NCBI GenBank assembly: GCA_038817835.1
Contig: JAWAZI010000003.1
Location: forward strand, 5,074 to 69,073
From: Candidatus Pacearchaeota archaeon
GTDB lineage: Archaea; Nanobdellota; Nanobdellia; Pacearchaeales; JAPDKA01
Direction: 5' to 3'
DNA length: 64,000 nucleotides
Within the stretch, counting starts at the first letter, position 1. Each line of letters opens with the position of its first letter. Position numbers and translations under genes: made by a program. This document shows, in pieces, positions 20,016 to 29,570 of the stretch. Under the pieces are notes generated by a model. That model was given only the letters and a program-made list of their open reading frames with translations, was not told the origin of the DNA and searched no databases.

Positions 20016-20087
20016 GGGCCTGTAGTTCAACGGTAGAACGCTCGCTTGGCTAGCGAGAGGTTCCGGGTTCGAATCCCGGCAGGTCCA
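20016..20087 (+). tRNA. tRNA-Ala (anticodon GGC), G3:U70 present
   Basis: gggcctg...caggtcc acceptor with G3:U70 identity pair; anticodon loop ttggcta; starts 4 nt after glyS stop. Confidence 0.85.
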
Positions 20088-20146
20088 TATTTTTAAGCAA
20101 AAAAAATTTAAAAGCAGAAAATTTTTGATAAAAATTATTATTTTAT

Positions 20147-20482
20147 TCAACTAATATTTTGAATTTGTGAATGTTTAGTTTTAATTTTTGCAAGAATTAC
20201 TAGTATAAGTGTAGCAATTATTGTAACTACTAATGCTGATAAAAATTTAAAAGTTATTTGAGTAGTTTGTGGCAAATTTTTTAATATATTATTTATTAAT
20301 TCTGATATTGGTTCTCTCCAAAATAATGCAACTAAAAAACCAAAAGCAGAAGTTACAGCAATTATAATTTGATTTTCAAATTCTTCTCTAAATTCATGTG
20401 CAGAATGTAATGTTTTTTTAAAAATATTTTTTAATGCTTTTTCAATTTGTTTTTCAATTTCTTTATTATTTTTTTTGATCAT
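20147..20482 (-). CDS. hypothetical membrane protein (111 aa)
   Basis: Two predicted TM helices; no recognizable motif. Confidence 0.4.
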   Translation of the reverse strand: MIKKNNKEIEKQIEKALKNIFKKTLHSAHEFREEFENQIIIAVTSAFGFLVALFWREPISELINNILKNLPQTTQITFKFLSALVVTIIATLILVILAKIKTKHSQIQNIS

Positions 20483-20561
20483 ATTTTTTTATTTTAGATT
20501 TATTTAAAAATTTTTTTGTAGAAAATAATATTTTTAAATATTATAAAAATTAAAATAATTA

Positions 20562-21050
20562 ATGATACAAAGAACACTTGTTTTATTGAAGCCAGATGCT
20601 ATAAGAAGAGGATTAGTCGGAAAAATAATACAACGCTTTGAAGATGCAGGTTTAAAAATAGTAGCTATGAAAATGCAATGGATAGATAAAGAACATGCAG
20701 ATAAACATTATGAAGATTTGGGAAAAAGGAAAGGAGAAAAAATAAAACAAAGAATGATAGACTTTTTAACTTCTGGCCCTGTAATTGCCATGGTTTTGGA
20801 AGGAATTGAGGCTGTTGAAGTAGTAAGAAAAATAGTAGGCGGTACTGAACCGAAAACAGCATTACCAGGAACTATAAGGGGAGATTTTGCACATTTAAGT
20901 ATAGAATATGCCAATAAAAAAGGAAAAGCTGTTCCAAATTTAATTCATGCTTCAGATAGTTTAGAGAATGCAGAGAAAGAAATAAAATTATGGTTTAATA
21001 GGAAAGAGATTCATAGCTATAAAACAGTTTATGAAGAATTCGTTTTTTAA
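20562..21050 (+). CDS. ndk: nucleoside diphosphate kinase
   Basis: ERTLVLLKPDAIRRGLVGKII...VRKIVGGTEPK...GTIRGDFA...IHASDS, canonical NDK including active-site His region. Confidence 0.9.
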   Translation: MIQRTLVLLKPDAIRRGLVGKIIQRFEDAGLKIVAMKMQWIDKEHADKHYEDLGKRKGEKIKQRMIDFLTSGPVIAMVLEGIEAVEVVRKIVGGTEPKTALPGTIRGDFAHLSIEYANKKGKAVPNLIHASDSLENAEKEIKLWFNRKEIHSYKTVYEEFVF

Positions 21051-21347
21051 TTAATCAATAGAAAAATATTTTTTATTCTTTCCTTCAATTTTCCAAAATT
21101 CAAGACGTGCTCCTGCATCGAGCCAGGCATGAGCATAATAAATTGCTGCAATAGCTCTTATGTAATCTTTATTTTTTAAAAAATATAAAGAATCATCTAA
21201 ATAAGTTTGAGCCATTTCTAGAAATTCTTTAGCTTTATTAATTTTTATTTTATTTTTTGTTAAATTTTTCTTTGCTATTTCTAATGCTTTATTACTAAAA
21301 TTGTATTCTTTCTTTATATAAGAAATTAAATTTTTAATTTTAATCAT
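21051..21347 (-). CDS. HEPN-domain protein (UPF0332-like)
   Basis: KAKEFLEMAQTYLDDSLYFLKNKDYIRAIAAIYYAHAWLDAGARL matches the HEPN helical hairpin pattern (AxxYYAxxHAxxA); no cognate nucleotidyltransferase adjacent. Confidence 0.5.
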   Translation of the reverse strand: MIKIKNLISYIKKEYNFSNKALEIAKKNLTKNKIKINKAKEFLEMAQTYLDDSLYFLKNKDYIRAIAAIYYAHAWLDAGARLEFWKIEGKNKKYFSID

Positions 21348-21402
21348 TAAACATTAATCTTTTGAATTTAAAAATTTTAATATAAATAATATTAATTTAA
21401 TA

Positions 21403-21885
21403 ATGGAAAAGATAGCAGTAGCTATATTATTAAGTTTATTACCAATAAGCGAGTTAAGAGGTGGTTTAATTTATGCAATTGTAAATGGCATTAATCCAAT
21501 TTTTGCTTTTTTTATTTGTGTTATAGCTAATATGCTAGTGGCTCCAGCTTTATTTTTATTTTTATCAACTTTACATAATTTTCTTTATAAAATAAAAATT
21601 TATAGAAAATTTTTTGATGCATATATAAAAACACTAAACAAAAAAGTTGAAATTTATGAAAGAAAACATAGGTTGTTAGGTTATTTTGCGTTAACTTTAT
21701 TTACAGCAATACCTTTACCATTTACTGGAGCATGGACGAGTAGCTTTATAGCATGGATTTTAGGATTAAATAAAAAGAAAAGTATTATTGCTATAAATTT
21801 AGGAGTTATAATTGCTGGTATTATTGTTTTACTTTTTATTTTAGGTATTTTTAATTTCTTAAATTTTTTAATTAAAGCTAAATAA
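21403..21885 (+). CDS. small membrane protein (putative small multidrug export-like, COG2426-type)
   Basis: LPISELRGGLIYA motif and 4 TM helices. Confidence 0.45.
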   Translation: MEKIAVAILLSLLPISELRGGLIYAIVNGINPIFAFFICVIANMLVAPALFLFLSTLHNFLYKIKIYRKFFDAYIKTLNKKVEIYERKHRLLGYFALTLFTAIPLPFTGAWTSSFIAWILGLNKKKSIIAINLGVIIAGIIVLLFILGIFNFLNFLIKAK

Positions 21886-21935
21886 AAAATCCTTATTAAT
21901 AAAAAATTTTTAAAATATTTTTATTGTAAAATTTT

Positions 21936-22502
21936 ATGAAAAAGAAAGATCCTGTTGCCGTATCTGATCCAAAACCAGTTAAAAAAGGATCAAAAACTTA
22001 TGAAAACTTATTGAAAGCTTTTGCTGGGGAGTCAATGGCAAGAAACAAATATACTTATTTTGCCAAAATTGCTAGAGAACAAGGATTACATCATATTGCT
22101 GCAATTTTTGAAGAAACTGCAAATCACGAAGCAGAGCATGCAAAAATGATTTGGAAACTTTTAGGAGAATGGTCTGATACAAAAGAAAATCTAAAAAAAG
22201 CAATAGAAGGAGAGAATTACGAGCATACTAAGATGTATCCTGAATTTAAGAAAGTAGCAGAAGAAGAAGGATTTAAAGATGCAGCAAAATTTTTTACTGA
22301 AGTTGCTGAGGTTGAGGAACAGCATGAGAAAAGATTTGAAAAATTATTGGAAGAATTAGAAAAGAATTTTTTTAAAAGAGATGTTGAAGTTATGTGGGTT
22401 TGTAGAAATTGTGGTTATGTACATATTGGCAAAGAAGCTCCAAAAGAGTGCCCTAATTGCAGACATCCACAAAGTTATTTTGAGGTTAGATGTGAATACT
22501 AA
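21936..22502 (+). CDS. rbr: rubrerythrin
   Basis: Two ExxH diiron motifs ([15 protein letters not shown]) and C-terminal rubredoxin-like CRNCG...CPNC. Confidence 0.9.
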   Translation: MKKKDPVAVSDPKPVKKGSKTYENLLKAFAGESMARNKYTYFAKIAREQGLHHIAAIFEETANHEAEHAKMIWKLLGEWSDTKENLKKAIEGENYEHTKMYPEFKKVAEEEGFKDAAKFFTEVAEVEEQHEKRFEKLLEELEKNFFKRDVEVMWVCRNCGYVHIGKEAPKECPNCRHPQSYFEVRCEY

Positions 22503-22503
22503 A

Positions 22504-22884
22504 ATGACTCAAAAAAAACAAATTTACAAATGTAATATTTGTGGGAATATTGTTGAAGTTTTACATGAAGGAGTAGGAAAGTTAGTTTGTTGTGGACAAC
22601 CTATGGAATTAATCGTTGAAAAAACAGACGAGATAGGGAAAGAGAAACACCTTCCTTTAATTGAAAAGACAGAAAAAGGAGTAAAGGTGAAAGTTGGTTC
22701 TGTTGCCCATCCGATGGAAGAAAATCATTATATAGAGTGGATTGAAGTAGTAATTGATGGAAAAAGTTACCGTCAGTTTTTGAAACCAGGTCAAAAGCCA
22801 GAAGCAGAATTTTGTGTAGAAGGAAAGGTGGAATATGTTGGAGAATATTGTAACCTTCACGGTCTTTGGAAAGTAGCTAAATAA
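22504..22884 (+). CDS. dfx: desulfoferrodoxin / superoxide reductase (2Fe-SOR)
   Basis: Start moved to ATG 22504 (track ORF 22381 overlaps rbr). [20 protein letters not shown]...LVCCGQPM desulforedoxin-like N-domain and [17 protein letters not shown] centre. Confidence 0.8.
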   Translation: MTQKKQIYKCNICGNIVEVLHEGVGKLVCCGQPMELIVEKTDEIGKEKHLPLIEKTEKGVKVKVGSVAHPMEENHYIEWIEVVIDGKSYRQFLKPGQKPEAEFCVEGKVEYVGEYCNLHGLWKVAK

Positions 22885-22968
22885 AAAATTATTAAGAAAT
22901 TGAAAAAGATATTAATTTAAAAACTTATTGAAAATATTTACTATTACGAATAAATGTAAATACTAGGA

Positions 22969-23613
22969 ATGCAAGAAGAAATATCAAAAAAAAGAAAACT
23001 TGCAATTTTTCAATTAAGAAAAATAGAAAATATTCTCAAGAGAGAAGGAAAAGATAATATTAAACTTGCTGCAGAATGGAAAAAACCATGGCAAGTACTT
23101 ATTGCAACTATTTTATCTGCTCAGAGTAGAGATGAAAAAACTATAGAAATTGCTAAAAAACTTTTTTCTAGATATAAATCATTAAGAGCTTTAGCAAATG
23201 CTAAAATAAAAGATGTAGAGAAAATAATAAGAGAAATTAATTTTTATAAAACAAAAACTAGAAATATTGTTAAAACTGCTAGAATAATTGTTAAAAAATA
23301 TAGAGGAAAAATTCCATCAGAAAGAGAAAAACTTATGGAATTGCCAGGAGTTGGAAGAAAAGTTGCAAATGTTTATCTTGTTCAAGTACATAAAGCTAAT
23401 GCTATAGGTGTTGATACCCATGTTGCTTTTTTGTCTAGAGTTTTAGGATGGACAAAAAATAAGAGGCCAGAAAAAATAGAGAAAGATTTAGAAGCTTTAT
23501 TCCCGAAAAAATATTGGAATTCTATTAATTATATTCTTGTTAGATTCGGTAGAACTTATAAAACTAGAAAAATGCAAATAGAAAAATTAAAAAATGAAGG
23601 AATAATAAATTAA
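22969..23613 (+). CDS. nth: endonuclease III-like HhH-GPD DNA glycosylase
   Basis: LIATILSAQSRDEKT, HhH LPGVGRKVANVYL, catalytic GVDTHV region. Confidence 0.8.
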   Translation: MQEEISKKRKLAIFQLRKIENILKREGKDNIKLAAEWKKPWQVLIATILSAQSRDEKTIEIAKKLFSRYKSLRALANAKIKDVEKIIREINFYKTKTRNIVKTARIIVKKYRGKIPSEREKLMELPGVGRKVANVYLVQVHKANAIGVDTHVAFLSRVLGWTKNKRPEKIEKDLEALFPKKYWNSINYILVRFGRTYKTRKMQIEKLKNEGIIN

Positions 23614-23614
23614 A

Positions 23615-24031
23615 ATGGAATGCATATTTTGTAAAATTATTAATAAACAAATTCCTTCAGATATAATTTATGAGGATAAAGATGTTATATGTTTTCTTGA
23701 TATAAATCCAATTGCAAGAGGTCATGCTTTATTATTACCAAAAAAACATTTTAATCATTTGCTAGAAGTTGATAAAAAAACTTTAGGAATTCTTCTAAAA
23801 AAAATTAAATTTGTTGCAGAAAATTTAATAAAAGCAACAGAAAGTGAAGGTTTTAATTTATTATTAAATAATAGAAAAGCTGCAGGACAAGTTATAGATC
23901 ATATACATTTTCATATTATTCCAAGGAAAGAAAATGATGGAGTAAAGCTAGACTGGAGTAGTAAATATATTTATAAAGATAATGAAAAAAAACAAATAAT
24001 TAAAAAATTTAAAGAATTAATAAAAATTTAG
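23615..24031 (+). CDS. HIT-family hydrolase
   Basis: CIFCKII...ARGHALLLPKKH...HIHFHIIPR histidine triad. Confidence 0.85.
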   Translation: MECIFCKIINKQIPSDIIYEDKDVICFLDINPIARGHALLLPKKHFNHLLEVDKKTLGILLKKIKFVAENLIKATESEGFNLLLNNRKAAGQVIDHIHFHIIPRKENDGVKLDWSSKYIYKDNEKKQIIKKFKELIKI

Positions 24032-24651
24032 GATTTTTTAAAATATAAAGCAATTATAGTCAAAATTATTGCTATTAAAAAGCATGGAAAAATAAAAAAT
24101 AATTTATAAGAAAATAATGTTTTTATTATTGGAGTTATATTATTCCTATTTGGGATAAAGATAAATAATAATAAACCAATAAGGCTCAATAAATTTATAA
24201 TGATTAAAATATTAGCAACTTTTTTATTAATTTTTTTGAAAATTATATAAATATTTGTTAATAGACAAGGAATTCCAAATAAAATCCATGCTAATGTTAT
24301 AAAATTTTTATATTTTATTATTAAAATAATGAGATAATATAAAATAAAAATTAAAGAAAAAAAATTTATTATACTAAAAAAATTAATCCTTTTTCTTTCA
24401 TATTTTTCTTTTTTTTCTTTTTCAGTCAATTTTTTTTCAATTATTTCTTTTTTTTCTCTTTTATATTTTGGAACTTCTATTTCTTTAATTTTAATTTCTT
24501 TATAGCTAGTTTGTTTTAAAATTTCATTAGCAATCTCAAAAACTTTTTCTTTATCATAACCAGCATTAATTAAACTTATAACAGCTTGTTCAATACTCTC
24601 TCCCCTTTCAATAGCATGCAGTATTGCTAACTTTATTTGTTCTTTTTCCAT
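24028..24651 (-). CDS. hypothetical membrane protein with N-terminal soluble helical domain (207 aa)
   Basis: N-terminal about 90 aa soluble, then 4 TM helices; no motif recognised. Confidence 0.4.
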   Translation of the reverse strand: MEKEQIKLAILHAIERGESIEQAVISLINAGYDKEKVFEIANEILKQTSYKEIKIKEIEVPKYKREKKEIIEKKLTEKEKKEKYERKRINFFSIINFFSLIFILYYLIILIIKYKNFITLAWILFGIPCLLTNIYIIFKKINKKVANILIIINLLSLIGLLLFIFIPNRNNITPIIKTLFSYKLFFIFPCFLIAIILTIIALYFKKS

Positions 24652-24740
24652 TAATTTTTTAATTTTTTCTTTATATTTAATTTTTTTCTTAATAGTTAAG
24701 TAATTTTTGCCAGTTTTTTAATTAAAATTTTATTCTATTT

Positions 24741-25877
24741 TTATACTAAGCCAAGTACAACTATAATGCCAAGTATTAGCATTATTATTCCAGTAATTAA
24801 ATGTAAAAGTCTTATGTTTCGTTCTTTCCATTCACTAATGCTTTCAATGCTTGCAAAGCCGAAATACATGAGCATAGTTATAATTAATAAAGGTAAAACA
24901 AAGAAAATATTATAAAGGAGCAAAATTGGAATTGCTGTGAGCATAGTTGTTTTTTCTGCAAGTAAGCCAAGAATAAATATATATGGCCCACCTGTGCAAG
25001 GCAACTCAAAAAAGCAAACAATAAAGCCCATAACAAATGCTCCTAGCGGTGAAGTTACTGCATTTAACATTGCTTTTAACTTTGGCCTCCAACGTCTTGG
25101 TATTTCCATTACAAAACCGCCTCCACCATACCAAAAATAATCTTTGATATTTGCAAGGCCTATAATAATTGCAAGAAAGCCAATAATTTTATAAAACCAA
25201 TAAGATAATCCTGAAAACTTTAAAGCAGAGAACAGACCTAAACCAAAAAGAAAATAAACTATATAAATTGAAACAGTGAATGCAAGTCCTGCCTTTAAAG
25301 CTTTTCTCTTATCTCCTGAAGCTAGTAATGCAGCTAAAAGTATTAACAATACAGCAATTGCACAAGGATTGATTGAATCAGCAAGAGCTGCACCAATCAC
25401 TGTAACAATAGAAAGAACTCCTAGTTTTTCTGAAGGAGAAGCTATATCCTCTAAACCACTTGTTGCTTGTATTTTTTCTAGGCTTGGGCATTCTGCTTGA
25501 GCATTAGCTATAATTGCTGCTTCTAAATTTTCTAAAATTGGTTTATCGCCGATAAAATAGCTGTTTGCAATAAAAACTGCAGGAACGCCTCGAGCATTAT
25601 TAGAAACATTAAAAGCATCAAAATAAGCATTAAGCAATAATAGATTTGATCTATTATTATAAATTTCAAATTTATGGACAGATAAATTATATTTTTCTTT
25701 TAAATTTTCAATAAATGGTTCAACTCTTGCACAATGGGGACATCCTTCTCCATAAAAGAAATATATGCATGTAGCATTGGCATTGGCTTGCCCATATGCT
25801 AGCTGAACTAAAAAAACAGAAAGCAATAAAGCAAGAAAGCCAAAAGCCAAAGATAATTTTAAAGCAAATTTTTTCAT
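24741..25877 (-). CDS. thioredoxin-domain fused to CcdA/DsbD-like transmembrane thiol-disulfide transporter
   Basis: Signal peptide; Trx CxxC (FFYGEGCPHCARV); membrane domain with conserved Cys (CAIAVLL, FELPCTGGPY) as in CcdA/DsbD. Confidence 0.7.
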   Translation of the reverse strand: MKKFALKLSLAFGFLALLLSVFLVQLAYGQANANATCIYFFYGEGCPHCARVEPFIENLKEKYNLSVHKFEIYNNRSNLLLLNAYFDAFNVSNNARGVPAVFIANSYFIGDKPILENLEAAIIANAQAECPSLEKIQATSGLEDIASPSEKLGVLSIVTVIGAALADSINPCAIAVLLILLAALLASGDKRKALKAGLAFTVSIYIVYFLFGLGLFSALKFSGLSYWFYKIIGFLAIIIGLANIKDYFWYGGGGFVMEIPRRWRPKLKAMLNAVTSPLGAFVMGFIVCFFELPCTGGPYIFILGLLAEKTTMLTAIPILLLYNIFFVLPLLIITMLMYFGFASIESISEWKERNIRLLHLITGIIMLILGIIVVLGLV

Positions 25878-25978
25878 TTTATTTTTTATTTCAGTTTAAG
25901 ATTTTAAAATTTTAAAATTTTTTGTTATTTTAATTTTTTGTTAAAAAAACTTTTAAATTTCTTTCCTTTATTTTTTTC

Positions 25979-28627
25979 ATGCCTTACAATTTTAAAGAAG
26001 TTGAGCAGGAATATAGCAAAATATTTGCAAAAATTTTTAAAGCAAAAATTAAATCAAAAAAACCAAAATTTTATTGTTTAGAAATGTTTCCTTATCCTAC
26101 AGGCAGACTTCATATGGGGCATGTGAGGAATTATACTATAGGAGATGCTGTTGCTAGAATGAAAAGAATGCAGGGATATAATGTTTTATATCCTATGGGT
26201 TATGATAGTTTTGGTTTACCAGCAGAGAATGCTGCAATAAAACATAAAATAAAACCAAATGAATGGACAGAGAAATGTATAAAAGATATGAAAGAGCAGC
26301 AAATTGCTATGGGTAATAGTTATGAATGGGATAGAGAAATTGCAACTCATAAACCAGAATATTATAAATGGAATCAATTTTTCTTTATCAAATTTTTTGA
26401 GAAAGGATTAATTTATAAAAAATTAGCTCCAGTTAATTGGTGTCCTAAATGTAATACAGTTTTAGCTAATGAACAAGTTCATAATGGAAGATGTTGGAGA
26501 CATGAAGATACAAAAGTAGAAATTAAATTACTTAATCAATGGTTTTTGAAAATTACAGACTATGCCGATGAATTACTTAAAGATTTAGAAAAATTAGATT
26601 GGCCAGAAAGAATTAAAGAGATGCAAAGAAATTGGATAGGAAAAAATGAAGGAACTTTAGTTAAATTTAAACTTGAAAAAAATGTTAATAATATAAATGA
26701 AATAGAAGTATTTACAACAAGAGTAGATACAATTTTTGGAGTAAGTTTTATTGCTATTGCTCCAGAACATCCTTTAACTTTAGAATTTGTAAAAGGCAAA
26801 GGAGAAAAAGAAAAAGAAGTAAAAGAATTCATTAGTAAAGTATTAATTCAAGAAAGATTTGAAAGATCGAGCAAGGAAAAAGAAGGAATATTTTTAGATA
26901 ATTATGCAATTCATCCTTTTACTAATGAAAAAATACCAATCTTTACTGCAAATTTTGTTTTACCAGATTATGGAACTGGAATAGTTATGGGAGTTCCTGC
27001 TCATGACGTTAGAGATTATGAATTTGCTAAAAAATATAAATTGCCAATAAAAGTTGTGATTAAAGCTGATAAAACAAATAATAGTGAAGTTTATGAAGGC
27101 TATGGAATTTTGATAAATTCAGGAGAATTTAATGGTTTAACTTCTCAACAAGCTATAGAAGAAATAACAAAAAAATTAAAAGAAAAAGGATTAGGAGATA
27201 AAAGTATTCAATTTAAAATTAGAGATTGGCTTATATCTAGACAACGTTATTGGGGTACACCAATACCAATAATTTATTGTGAAAATTGTGGAATTGTTAC
27301 AGAAAAAATAGAGAATTTACCAGTATTATTGCCAGATCCAAATAAAGTTAAATTTGGAGAAGGAAATCCTTTAGAAACTGTAAAAACCTGGCTGGAAACA
27401 AAATGTCCAAAATGTAATAAAAAAGCAAGAAGAGATAGTGATACTCTAGATACATTTTTTGATTCTAGTTGGTATTTCCTAAGATTTATTGATCCGAAAA
27501 ATGATAAGGAACCATTTAATAAAAATAAAATTAAATTATTTATGCCTGTTGATTTTTATATAGGTGGAGCAGAGCATGCTACTATGCATTTGATTTATGC
27601 TAGATTTTTTACAAAAGTTTTGAGAGATTTAAATTTTTTAGATTTTGATGAACCATTTTTAAAACTTGTTAATCAAGGAATTGTTACTTTGGGTGGAGAA
27701 GCTATGAGTAAAAGTAAGGGAAATATTGTTGATCCATTTGAGATAATTCCTAAATATGGTGCAGATGCCTTGAGATTTTTTATTTTGTTTAAGGCAATGC
27801 CTGATAAAGATCTAGAATGGAGTGATGAAGGAATAGAAAATATAAAAAAATTTCTTGATAAAATTATAGATATCTTTGAATATTGGAAAGAAAATAAAGA
27901 GAAATTAATTGAAAAATCTAAAAATAAACTTATAATAACAAGATTAAATTTATTAATAAAAGAATATACACAGCATCTTAATAATTTAGAATTTCCTTAT
28001 GCTTTAATTAAGCTTATGGATTTTGTAAAACTATTAAATAAAAATAAAGAAAAAATAAGTAATAATATTTTTAGATTAGTTTTTAAAAATTTAGCTTTGA
28101 TTATGAATCCTATAACTCCTTATTTAAGTGAATATTTATGGAAAGAGCTTGGATTTAGAGGCTATGCAAGTTTAGCTAAATGGCCAAATTTTAATGAGAA
28201 TAAAATTAAGGCACAATATGTTATAGAAGAAGATTACATTAAAAATTTGATATCAGATATCAATGAAATAAAAAAGATAATAAAAATAGAAAAAATAAAA
28301 AAGATAAATATAATTATTGCAGATAGATGGAAATATGAAATTTTTAAATTAATAAAAGAATGCAAAAATATTAATGAAGCGATTGAGAAAATAAAAAATA
28401 GTGAATATTCAGATAAACTTGATTATATTGTTAAATTTTTACCGAAATTTATTGGGAAGATAGACATTTTAATTGATCAAAAAGAAGAAATAAATATAAT
28501 TAAAGGAAATCTTGATGAGATTAAAAAAATATTTAAAGCAAAAATTAATTTGTTAAAGGAAAATAGAACAAAGGATGAAAAAGCTAAAAAAGCAATGCCA
28601 TTAAAGCCATCTATAATTTTGGAATAA
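25979..28627 (+). CDS. leuS: leucyl-tRNA synthetase
   Basis: HMGH (PTGRLHMGHVRNY) and KMSKS (MSKSKGN) class I motifs; 882 aa. Confidence 0.9.
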   Translation: MPYNFKEVEQEYSKIFAKIFKAKIKSKKPKFYCLEMFPYPTGRLHMGHVRNYTIGDAVARMKRMQGYNVLYPMGYDSFGLPAENAAIKHKIKPNEWTEKCIKDMKEQQIAMGNSYEWDREIATHKPEYYKWNQFFFIKFFEKGLIYKKLAPVNWCPKCNTVLANEQVHNGRCWRHEDTKVEIKLLNQWFLKITDYADELLKDLEKLDWPERIKEMQRNWIGKNEGTLVKFKLEKNVNNINEIEVFTTRVDTIFGVSFIAIAPEHPLTLEFVKGKGEKEKEVKEFISKVLIQERFERSSKEKEGIFLDNYAIHPFTNEKIPIFTANFVLPDYGTGIVMGVPAHDVRDYEFAKKYKLPIKVVIKADKTNNSEVYEGYGILINSGEFNGLTSQQAIEEITKKLKEKGLGDKSIQFKIRDWLISRQRYWGTPIPIIYCENCGIVTEKIENLPVLLPDPNKVKFGEGNPLETVKTWLETKCPKCNKKARRDSDTLDTFFDSSWYFLRFIDPKNDKEPFNKNKIKLFMPVDFYIGGAEHATMHLIYARFFTKVLRDLNFLDFDEPFLKLVNQGIVTLGGEAMSKSKGNIVDPFEIIPKYGADALRFFILFKAMPDKDLEWSDEGIENIKKFLDKIIDIFEYWKENKEKLIEKSKNKLIITRLNLLIKEYTQHLNNLEFPYALIKLMDFVKLLNKNKEKISNNIFRLVFKNLALIMNPITPYLSEYLWKELGFRGYASLAKWPNFNENKIKAQYVIEEDYIKNLISDINEIKKIIKIEKIKKINIIIADRWKYEIFKLIKECKNINEAIEKIKNSEYSDKLDYIVKFLPKFIGKIDILIDQKEEINIIKGNLDEIKKIFKAKINLLKENRTKDEKAKKAMPLKPSIILE

Positions 28628-28658
28628 ATTTTTTAATTTATTTTTATTTTTATTTTAT

Positions 28659-28732
28659 GGCCCCGTAGCTCAACAGGATAGAGCACTGGCCTTCTAAGCC
28701 AGGGGTTGCGGGTTCGAGTCCCGTCGGGGCCA
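28659..28732 (+). tRNA. tRNA-Arg (anticodon UCU)
   Basis: ggccccg...cggggcc acceptor; anticodon stem ctggc/gccag with loop cttctaa; T-loop ttcgagt. Confidence 0.8.
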
Positions 28733-28770
28733 GTAATAAAAAATTTAAATAAAAAAAATAATAACTATAT

Positions 28771-29178
28771 ATGATTTTCAATTATCATTTTATTATAAAA
28801 GTTATTATAGCAGCTTTTTTAGGAGCATTAATAGGACTTGAAAGAAAAACAAAATTTTATGGAATAGGTATTAGAACAGCATCACTTATATCAATTTCTT
28901 CTTGTATTTTTACATTAGCTGGTATGGCATTTTTTGATGAGTCAAATATATCAAGAATTGTTCAAGGTTTAGCAGCTGGTATAGGATTTATTGGAGCAGC
29001 TGTTATTTGGCGTCAACATCAAGATCATGCATGGATTTATGGATTAACTACAGCAGTAATTGTATGGTTTTTAACTGCTATTGGAATTCTAGTAGCTTTA
29101 AGTTTTTATTTAGAAGCACTTTTAATAACAATTTTAGTATTAATAATTTTATTATTAAAAAAATTAGGAGTTGAATAA
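28771..29178 (+). CDS. MgtC/SapB-family membrane protein
   Basis: GALIGLERK motif near N-terminus, 4-5 TM helices. Confidence 0.55.
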   Translation: MIFNYHFIIKVIIAAFLGALIGLERKTKFYGIGIRTASLISISSCIFTLAGMAFFDESNISRIVQGLAAGIGFIGAAVIWRQHQDHAWIYGLTTAVIVWFLTAIGILVALSFYLEALLITILVLIILLLKKLGVE

Positions 29179-29219
29179 TCACTAAAATCTTTAAATAATA
29201 AAAATCTTTATTTATTTAA

Positions 29220-29290
29220 GCGGGGGTGGCAGAGTGGCTATGCAGTCGGCTGCAGACCGACGGACGTGGGTTCGAATCCCACCCCCCGCT
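29220..29290 (+). tRNA. tRNA-Cys (anticodon GCA)
   Basis: gcggggg...cccccgc acceptor; anticodon stem gtcgg/ccgac with loop ctgcaga. Confidence 0.8.
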
Positions 29291-29330
29291 AATAAAAAAA
29301 TTTAAATTTTTTATTTTGATATATATTTTT

Positions 29331-29570
29331 ATGATAAGTAAAAAAACAAAAACAGAATTTTATTTTAATCAACTTAAAAGAATTGCAAAAAAAATGAATG
29401 TAAAAATTAGCAAAGATGCTTTAATAGCTTTAGCAAATCATTTAGAAACTCATACAAAATTTATTTTGAGGAGAGCATCTTTTTTTGCTAATAAAGAGAG
29501 AAGGAAAATTATAAAAGCAAAAGATATAGAACATGCAAAACAGGAAGGAATATTGCTAGAAAAAATTTAA
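29331..29570 (+). CDS. histone-fold protein (archaeal histone-like, 79 aa)
   Basis: Start moved to ATG 29331 (track ORF N-terminus is the tRNA-Cys sequence). ISKDALIALANHLETHTKFILRRASFFANKERRKIIKAKDIEHA matches histone-fold helix2-loop-helix3 (RKTIKAEDIELA pattern). Confidence 0.6.
   Translation: MISKKTKTEFYFNQLKRIAKKMNVKISKDALIALANHLETHTKFILRRASFFANKERRKIIKAKDIEHAKQEGILLEKI

Noticed and set aside
22381-22503. Upstream extension of the desulfoferrodoxin ORF overlapping the rubrerythrin 3' end
   Set aside because: It overlaps rbr in another frame. The conserved desulforedoxin-like N-terminus begins at Met 22504, immediately after the rbr stop.
29226-29330. N-terminal extension of the track ORF 29226..29570 (MAEWLCSRLQTDGRGFESHPPL...)
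   Set aside because: These codons are the tRNA-Cys sequence itself. The histone-fold protein starts at the internal ATG 29331.
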